DNA from: an uncultured Erythrobacter sp.
GTDB lineage: Bacteria; Pseudomonadota; Alphaproteobacteria; Sphingomonadales; Sphingomonadaceae
Assembly: GCA_947495695.1 (NCBI GenBank)
Contig: CANLZP010000001.1
Coordinates: 143,069 to 207,068 of the forward strand
Direction: 5' to 3'
Length of the DNA: 64,000 nucleotides
A model generated the notes under the pieces. That model had not been told where the DNA came from and did not search any database. It worked only from the letters and a program-made list of their open reading frames with translations. Position numbers and translations under genes: made by a program. Within the stretch, counting starts at the first letter, position 1. The number at the start of each line of letters is the position of its first letter. Positions 57,460-64,000 of this stretch are shown piece by piece.

Positions 57460-58368
57460 ATGATCGAATTTCCTGCAATTATTGAGGGCCAAGGCGACCT
57501 CGCCGGCTTTCTGGGTGACAACAAGGCAGCGGTGGATGCGGCGCTGGACGATGCCGGAACTTTGCTGTTCCGCGGATTTGATGTGCCGGATGCGCAAGCA
57601 TTCGATGCTGCGGTTACCGGATATGGGGAAGCAGGCTTCACCTATGAAGAATCGCTCAGCAATGCGGTTCGGGTCAATGTGACACCGCGTGTCTTCACGG
57701 CCAATGAAGCGCCGCCGGAAACCGCAATTCATCTGCACCACGAGATGGCACAGACCCCGCTCTATCCATCCAAGCTGTTCTTCTATTGCGAGATTGCTCC
57801 TGGCGCAGGCGGCGCGACCCCGGTCTGTCGGTCCGACTGGTTGCTGGAGAAGATGGAGCAAGCCGATCCGGCCCTAGTGGCGCGTTTTGCTAAGCTAGGC
57901 GTGCGTTACACCAATGTGATGCCTGCCAGCGACGATGCCGGATCTGGACAGGGGCGCAGTTGGCGCAGCACCTTGGGCACGGCCGACCGCATAGGGGCCG
58001 AAGCCCGATTGCGCGAGTTGGGTTATGCATGGGAATGGCAGGCTGACGACAGCCTGCGCGCCACCACTCCAACCCTACCCGCTATCCGTACCTTGCCCGA
58101 TGGCAGGCGCACTTTCTTCAACCAGCTGATCGCGGCTTTTCGCGGTTGGTCGGACAGTCGCAACGAAGCGCACAAATCGGTCACTTTTGGCGATGGATCA
58201 CCGATCACCGGCGAAGACATGGCGCAGACCATCGCTCTGTCAGAGGAGTTGACGCGAGATGTCGCATGGCAAGCTGGAGACGTTGCTCTGCTAGACAACT
58301 ATCTGGTCATGCATGGGCGGCGGCCCTTTGCCGGCAAACGCCGGGTGCTCGCCTCGCTGATCGCTTAG
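57460..58368 (+). CDS. Clavaminate synthase-like Fe(II)/2-oxoglutarate dioxygenase
   Basis: HHEMAQ (HxE), LFFYC, GGATP, LDNYLVMHGRRPF. Confidence 0.88.
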   Translation: MIEFPAIIEGQGDLAGFLGDNKAAVDAALDDAGTLLFRGFDVPDAQAFDAAVTGYGEAGFTYEESLSNAVRVNVTPRVFTANEAPPETAIHLHHEMAQTPLYPSKLFFYCEIAPGAGGATPVCRSDWLLEKMEQADPALVARFAKLGVRYTNVMPASDDAGSGQGRSWRSTLGTADRIGAEARLRELGYAWEWQADDSLRATTPTLPAIRTLPDGRRTFFNQLIAAFRGWSDSRNEAHKSVTFGDGSPITGEDMAQTIALSEELTRDVAWQAGDVALLDNYLVMHGRRPFAGKRRVLASLIA

Positions 58369-58377
58369 CGCCTGATC

Positions 58378-59907
58378 CTAGCCCGCGACACGCCCGATAT
58401 TGAGGCCGCGTTCGTCTTGGGTGACGGACAATTGCGCGCCAAAGGGCTCCCCGCTCTCAAACAGCTTTGCTGTGGCCGGGTGATCCAGATCCGCCTTGCC
58501 GCAAACCCGCTCACCAGCAGCATTGCGTCCCAGAAAGACAGCATCAGCCCCCTTTTTGCTACGGTTGATGGTGTAGCTTTCCACGCTGGCGCTATCGAAG
58601 GGCTCGGTACTGAAGGATACCTGGTCACTGGGCCGAGGCAATTTGGCAAAGCGCGTTTCGCCAGACCAGTCAGCTGGATCGGTGGAGTAAATGCCCGTGG
58701 CATATTTGCTCATCCAGCCGCCATTGGCACCAACCAGAGCGTATGAGCCTGCGTCAGAGCGCACGCGCTCTACCGCCTCGACAATCGCATGGGCCGAGTA
58801 GTTATTGCCCGCACCACCAAAGAAAGGCAGCCCCCCGGTCAGGGTCAGCCCGCGCGGATCATCCGTGCTCAAGCCAAAGCGGTCCATCTGGTTGAACACC
58901 GGAATAGCAAAGCAGGAATAGAAATCGAGATAGGACATGTCTTCCATGCCCTTGCCCGCCATGCCAAGAGCTTGCTCAACCGATGCAATCGATGCCGGAT
59001 TGGCGGACAGGTCCGGCCGCTCTGACAGTTTCAGCTCGGTTGCTGCTGTCACGGCATGGATGTGCACCCATTTGTCCTCGGGCACGCCCAATTCACGCGC
59101 CTTACCGGCCGACGCGACAATAATTGCAGCCGCTTGATTCACCTGATCGCGCGCCACGGTCATCCGGGTATAGGGTTCTGCAACTATGCGGTTGCGCTCG
59201 GTGATTGTCGCCAGTTCCTCGGCGCTGCGTACAACCGGTGCAGCGGCATGCGGATTGGCAGCTGCAACGCGTGTAAAGGGTTCGAATAATTCACCAATGT
59301 CGAGCCGATATTCCTCCAGCCCCTTGCCCTGCTTGGCCCGCCGCGCATTTTCGGCGATGGCATAAAGCGGGATCGCCCCGGTGGCGCCATGGGCGAAGAT
59401 TGCCGGCTCCATCATTTCATCAACGCCAAAGCCCTGATCTTCAAACTCGCCGCCATGCGTCTCTGACCAGTCAGGCTGCTCGCCCTTGGCCGAGAGAGCC
59501 AGCACCGTCGAGATCGCCTCGGCCCCGACAATAACTGCAACGCCCGCATCACCGGCTGCAATATCGCGCGCAAATTCGCCAACCAGTTGCTGATTGGTCT
59601 GCCCGCCGGTGGTGGTCAATATCCCACGCTTGGGATGAGCGCCCACGCGCGATGCGATGGCGCGCGGAATATTATCGGCAGTACCAAAGGGCGGCTTTCT
59701 GTCCGGGCGAGACATTTCGAAAGCACGGATTACGGCCAGCACGTCAATCGCACCGGCAACATCACCGCTGGCCCCGGTGTTAGCAATCGCTGCCTGCAAA
59801 GATCGCCCGCCCAGGTCCATATAGGACAGCGCTTCATAGCTGTCCGTGCCAACTTTCTCGGAATACTGGCCAACGCCAATGATGACCGGCGTGTTGTCCG
59901 CTACCAT
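58378..59907 (-). CDS. Thiolase-like protein with extra C-terminal domain (TLP1-like)
   Basis: TPVIIGVGQ, DFYSCF, LTGGLPFFGGAGNNYSAH; no canonical N-domain catalytic Cys. Confidence 0.8.
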   Translation of the reverse strand: MVADNTPVIIGVGQYSEKVGTDSYEALSYMDLGGRSLQAAIANTGASGDVAGAIDVLAVIRAFEMSRPDRKPPFGTADNIPRAIASRVGAHPKRGILTTTGGQTNQQLVGEFARDIAAGDAGVAVIVGAEAISTVLALSAKGEQPDWSETHGGEFEDQGFGVDEMMEPAIFAHGATGAIPLYAIAENARRAKQGKGLEEYRLDIGELFEPFTRVAAANPHAAAPVVRSAEELATITERNRIVAEPYTRMTVARDQVNQAAAIIVASAGKARELGVPEDKWVHIHAVTAATELKLSERPDLSANPASIASVEQALGMAGKGMEDMSYLDFYSCFAIPVFNQMDRFGLSTDDPRGLTLTGGLPFFGGAGNNYSAHAIVEAVERVRSDAGSYALVGANGGWMSKYATGIYSTDPADWSGETRFAKLPRPSDQVSFSTEPFDSASVESYTINRSKKGADAVFLGRNAAGERVCGKADLDHPATAKLFESGEPFGAQLSVTQDERGLNIGRVAG

Positions 59908-59934
59908 GGCCTCAGCCCCTTTTGTTGTGTGCGA

Positions 59935-61203
59935 TCAGTCTACGAAGTCAGTAACGCGCTCAACGATAATGGCCGGGGCCATTCCGCCCGCTGCGCACAT
60001 CGTCACAAGGCCATAGCGCCCTTCGCGACGTTCCAGCTCGTCGACAATCGTGCCGATCAGGATCGAACCGGTTGCCCCAATGGGATGGCCCAGCGCAATG
60101 GATCCGCCGTTCACATTGACCTTGTCCCAATCCAGATTGAGGTCCTTCATAAATTTGGCGGTTACGACGGCAAAAGCCTCGTTGATCTCGAACAGATCGA
60201 TATCATCCACGCTCATCCCGGCCTTGGCTAAAACCTTCTTGGCCGCTGGCACAGGCGCGTTCAGCATTAGAGTTGGACAATCGCCCATATTGGCTGTGGC
60301 CACGATCCGCGCGCGCGGTTTCAACCCATGCTTCTGCGCATATTCTTTCGAGCACACCAAAACGGCTGCGGCGCCATCAACCACGCCTGATGAGTTACCA
60401 GGACCGTGGAAGTGTTGAATGTCCACATCAGGATATTTCTGATTGACCATTTCACGGAACGTCGGCTGGCCTTCTCCCATCGACATATCGGCCATCTTCT
60501 CAAACGAGGCTGGCAATCCGCCGAGGACTTCCATGGTTGTTCCTGGGCGAGGGAACTCTTCCTTGTCCAGCACTACATTGCCATCATCATCCAGCACGGG
60601 AATAACAGATTTGTCGAAGCGGCCCTCCTCAATCGCCTTGGCGGCGTTTTCCTGGCTTTTGAAAGCGACCATATCCAGATCTTCTCGGGTAAAACCTTCA
60701 ATCGTGGCAATCGCGTCTCCGCAAATACCCTGTTGGGATTGCGGATGGGTCTTGGCCAAGCGTTCGTTATGGCTGCCCATGATCCGCGGCGGCAGACCAA
60801 GGTGCGCGCGCTCTTTCGCCATCTCGCCGGTCAGGCTCATCATTTCTGTACCACCAGCAACGATGCAATCTTCCATCCCGCTCATAATCTGAGCCGCCGC
60901 CAGATTGACCGAGGTAATCCCTCCCCCACAAAAACGGTCCAGCGTCATCCCGCTGGAGGTTTCGTCATAGCCTGCATCCAGCGCCGCCATCCGGCCAAGG
61001 TCACCGCCCTGCTTGCCCTCTTGCGAGGAGGTGGACCAAATCACATCGCCTACGGTGGACGTATCCAGATTGTTACGTTCGGCAATCGCCTTGAGGACAG
61101 CCGCCGCCAGATGCTGTGGGTGCATGTGGGCAAGGGCACCTTTGCCAACTTTGCCAATCCCACGCGGTGTACGCACGGCATCGATGATATAGGCTTCGGC
61201 CAT
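59935..61203 (-). CDS. Acetyl-CoA C-acyltransferase (thiolase)
   Basis: DRFCGGG, NEAF, GHPIGATG, CAAGG. Confidence 0.94.
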   Translation of the reverse strand: MAEAYIIDAVRTPRGIGKVGKGALAHMHPQHLAAAVLKAIAERNNLDTSTVGDVIWSTSSQEGKQGGDLGRMAALDAGYDETSSGMTLDRFCGGGITSVNLAAAQIMSGMEDCIVAGGTEMMSLTGEMAKERAHLGLPPRIMGSHNERLAKTHPQSQQGICGDAIATIEGFTREDLDMVAFKSQENAAKAIEEGRFDKSVIPVLDDDGNVVLDKEEFPRPGTTMEVLGGLPASFEKMADMSMGEGQPTFREMVNQKYPDVDIQHFHGPGNSSGVVDGAAAVLVCSKEYAQKHGLKPRARIVATANMGDCPTLMLNAPVPAAKKVLAKAGMSVDDIDLFEINEAFAVVTAKFMKDLNLDWDKVNVNGGSIALGHPIGATGSILIGTIVDELERREGRYGLVTMCAAGGMAPAIIVERVTDFVD

Positions 61204-61330
61204 AACGGAAATCCTCTCACTTATCGAAATTGCGGTTGACGTGTTCGTAAACCGACTGCACCACTCGCACAACATTTGAGTTGCATTTTGAAATGCCAAA
61301 AAGTGATAGGCCTGCAATAGGAGAGCATGC

Positions 61331-62092
61331 ATGAGCGAAGAGTTGCTAACCGAAGTTCGTGACGGAGTTTTGATCGTCACCATAAACCGCCCAGAAGCCA
61401 AAAACGCGATGAACAAGGCTGCTGCCGAAGCTATTGCAGAAGCGATGGACCGATTGGACGCCGAAGATGATCTGCGGGTCGGCATTATTACCGGCGCAGG
61501 TGGCACCTTTTGTTCTGGCATGGATCTGAAAGGCTTCCTGCGCGGCGAAAGCCCGTCGGTAAAAGGTCGCGGGTTTGGCGGCGTTGTCCAGGCACCGCCC
61601 AAGAAGCCCTTGATTGCGGCCGTTGAAGGCTATGCCTTGGCCGGTGGTCTGGAACTGATGATCGCCTGCGATTTGGTGGTCGCACATAAAGACGCAAAAT
61701 TTGGAATTCCCGAAGCCAAGCGCGGCCTGGTTGCTGCCGCTGGCGGGGTGATGATGCTGCCCGATCAAATCCCCGAGAGGATCGCCATGGAGCTGGCCTT
61801 GACCGGTGACTTCATCGGAGCCCAGCGCGCTTACGAGCTCGGCTTGATCAACCGCATCAGCGATGGCCCCGCCTTGGATGGAGCGCTGGAATTGGCCAGT
61901 GCAATTGCGGCCAATGGCCCGCTGGCGGTCCGTGTTTCGAAAGCTGTCATGAAAGAATCGCGCGGCTGGCCGATGGACGAACGCTATGATCGCCAAGGTA
62001 AGTTGATCGCTCCTGTATTCACATCAGAAGATGCACGCGAAGGTGCCGCCGCTTTTGCCGAAAAGCGCGCTCCGAATTGGAAAGGGAAATAA
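61331..62092 (+). CDS. Enoyl-CoA hydratase/crotonase family protein
   Basis: FCSGMDL, ALAGGLEL, FGIPEAKRGL. Confidence 0.94.
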   Translation: MSEELLTEVRDGVLIVTINRPEAKNAMNKAAAEAIAEAMDRLDAEDDLRVGIITGAGGTFCSGMDLKGFLRGESPSVKGRGFGGVVQAPPKKPLIAAVEGYALAGGLELMIACDLVVAHKDAKFGIPEAKRGLVAAAGGVMMLPDQIPERIAMELALTGDFIGAQRAYELGLINRISDGPALDGALELASAIAANGPLAVRVSKAVMKESRGWPMDERYDRQGKLIAPVFTSEDAREGAAAFAEKRAPNWKGK

Positions 62093-62093
62093 T

Positions 62094-63257
62094 ATGCCTG
62101 TCATTAATGTCCCCCAGCCAGAATTTATGGAAGACGAGGAAATCTCGATCTTCGCCGATGCGGTTGGCAAATTTTATCAGCAACGCGCCGGTGAAAAGCG
62201 CGTCCTGAAGTGGCGCGAAGACGGCCAAGTAGAACGAGAGTTCTGGAATGAAGCTGGCGAGGCTGGCTTGCTGGGCGTTTCTGTGCCTGAAGAATATGGG
62301 GGCCATGGGGGCGATTTCCGACACGACATGGTGGTACTGGATCAACAAGCCAAGCATGGAGTAGAAGGCTTTGCCGCGAGCCTGCACAACACCATCATCC
62401 TGCCCTATCTGGTACGCCACGGCACCGAAGAGCAAAAGCTGAAATACCTGCCCAAATTGGTCAGCGGCGAATTGGTAAGCGCCATCGCCATGACCGAACC
62501 TGGTGTTGGGTCCGACCTCCAATCGATCACAACCACCGCGCTGAAAGATGGTAATGGCTACCGGATCAATGGGTCAAAGACCTATATCTCAAATGGTCAG
62601 ACCGCAGACTTCATCGTGGTGGTCGCCAAGACCGATCCGAACGAGCGGGCCAAGGGCATTTCGCTCATGCTGCTCGAAACAGAAGGTGCCGAAGGGTTCG
62701 AACGCGGCAAGAAGCTCGACAAGATCGGGCTGGACGCAGCTGATACTTCAGAGCTTTTCTTCGATAATGTGTTCGTGCCAGCCGAGAATATTCTGGGCGG
62801 TGTCGAAGGCAAAGGCTTCTATCAATTGATGGGCGAGCTTCCTCAGGAACGCTTGGTGATCGCCATGGGCGCCGCAACGGGCATCGAAAAAGCGCTCGAA
62901 ACGACGGTTGCCTATGTCAAGGAGCGAAAGGCCTTTGGACAGACCATATGGGATTTCCAGAACACACAGTTCGTCCTCGCGGACCTAAAGGCCAAGGGAA
63001 CGGCTGCGCGTATTTTCGTCAATGATTGCATCAAGAAATTGCTTGATGGAGAATTGGACGTCGCAACCGCAAGCATGGCAAAATATTGGGTGACCGAGCT
63101 GCAAAGCGAAGTCGTGGACAAATGCCTGCAGCTGCATGGCGGTGCGGGTTACATCAATGATTACCCGATTGCGCGGATGTATCGCGATACCCGTATCGCT
63201 CGCATCTATGGCGGTTCAAACGAAGTGATGAAAATGCTGATCGCACGGTCGATGTAG
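62094..63257 (+). CDS. Acyl-CoA dehydrogenase (long-chain-like)
   Basis: AMTEPGVGSD, GSKTYISNG, QLHGGAGY, IYGGSNEVMK. Confidence 0.95.
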   Translation: MPVINVPQPEFMEDEEISIFADAVGKFYQQRAGEKRVLKWREDGQVEREFWNEAGEAGLLGVSVPEEYGGHGGDFRHDMVVLDQQAKHGVEGFAASLHNTIILPYLVRHGTEEQKLKYLPKLVSGELVSAIAMTEPGVGSDLQSITTTALKDGNGYRINGSKTYISNGQTADFIVVVAKTDPNERAKGISLMLLETEGAEGFERGKKLDKIGLDAADTSELFFDNVFVPAENILGGVEGKGFYQLMGELPQERLVIAMGAATGIEKALETTVAYVKERKAFGQTIWDFQNTQFVLADLKAKGTAARIFVNDCIKKLLDGELDVATASMAKYWVTELQSEVVDKCLQLHGGAGYINDYPIARMYRDTRIARIYGGSNEVMKMLIARSM

Positions 63258-63303
63258 AAGCGCGCGTATCAGCGAACCTGCGCTGACGCATCACCCAGAC
63301 ATC

Positions 63304-63341
63304 AAAAAGGGCGGCTCGCATTTTGTGCGAACCGCCCTTTT
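63304..63341. terminator. Bidirectional rho-independent terminator
   Basis: AAAAAGGGCGG...CCGCCCTTTT between convergent genes. Confidence 0.8.
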
Positions 63342-63377
63342 CTTTGCCCTCTCCCAAAGGCTTAACCGTCTTGCACC

Positions 63378-64000
63378 TTAGAACTTGGTGCGAACGGTTA
63401 CACCGTAAGTCGCTGGTTCCTGCACGAAGGCAGAGCGTGATGATCCGCGAAGCACGGTGTTGAATGTTACACCGCGTGTCACAACATCGGTAACATTCAC
63501 GCCCCAGGCTTCCAATGTCCAGCTCTCGTCTTGGGCACCGATGCCAATCCGCAGGTTGACCTTGGTGTTGCCGTCCTGAACATCAAACGGAACCAGCGGC
63601 GCTGCATCGACCGCTGCATTGATGTCACCACCAAAGCTGGCAATTACCGCTGCGCTTGGGACTGTGGTTGCTTGCGTCGAGGTGCGACGGTCGCTTTCAG
63701 TCCGCATCTGACCCGATGCGAAGAAGCGCAGGTCATTGCCGATATCACGATCGTAATTGACACCTGCGATCGCCACAATGCTTGGCGCATTGGTCAGCGA
63801 GTTGCCACACAGTGAAGTAACGTTCGCATTTGGAACACCGCCATCGCAATTTTCAGGGTAGCGAGCGTTCGTATAAGTCAGACCCAAGTTAAACGTTAGG
63901 TTCTGGTCTGGACGGATCACCGATTCCAACTCGAAACCGGATGATTTTGCCGAGTTCACATTGAAGGTGGTGAACTGAGCGCCGGTGAATTCAAGAACCT
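63378..64000 (-). CDS. TonB-dependent receptor, C-terminal part (start outside the window)
   Basis: Barrel strands GFELE, WTLEAWGVNVTD; terminal TYGVTVRTKF. Confidence 0.9.
   Translation of the reverse strand, partial: VLEFTGAQFTTFNVNSAKSSGFELESVIRPDQNLTFNLGLTYTNARYPENCDGGVPNANVTSLCGNSLTNAPSIVAIAGVNYDRDIGNDLRFFASGQMRTESDRRTSTQATTVPSAAVIASFGGDINAAVDAAPLVPFDVQDGNTKVNLRIGIGAQDESWTLEAWGVNVTDVVTRGVTFNTVLRGSSRSAFVQEPATYGVTVRTKF

Noticed and set aside
61204-61602. 133-aa N-terminal extension of the thiolase
   Set aside because: It overlaps the divergent crotonase gene; MAEAYIIDAVRTP at 61203 is a typical thiolase start with an RBS.

Overview
A 64 kb window from a GC-rich alphaproteobacterium, most likely Sphingomonadales/Erythrobacteraceae (inferred from gene content: ssb-feoB-feoA-COQ9, otsB-GH15-otsA, DUF1134, several TonB receptors). 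The core-type backbone carries trehalose genes, Feo iron uptake, an SCO/YcgN/M48 cluster, an aminotransferase, a cbb3 oxidase operon (ccoNOQPGHIS) with FNR boxes, hppD, and an acyl-CoA catabolic cluster. A roughly 20 kb accessory island starts at the 3' end of tRNA-Ser(GCT) (19141-19233) and ends in a nest of IS6 termini (38248-39360). The main lead is a family of degenerate ~30 bp imperfect palindromes: GTCCGC-like arms around an asymmetric GGGTCG/GGGGTGG core. They cluster on both sides of a minimal 212-aa tyrosine recombinase and sit at the borders of functional modules, both inside the island and around accessory-looking genes outside it. This suggests a cassette/module-shuffling system that is not an integron. 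Repeats were aligned by eye, product names come from motif recognition, and no searches were run.
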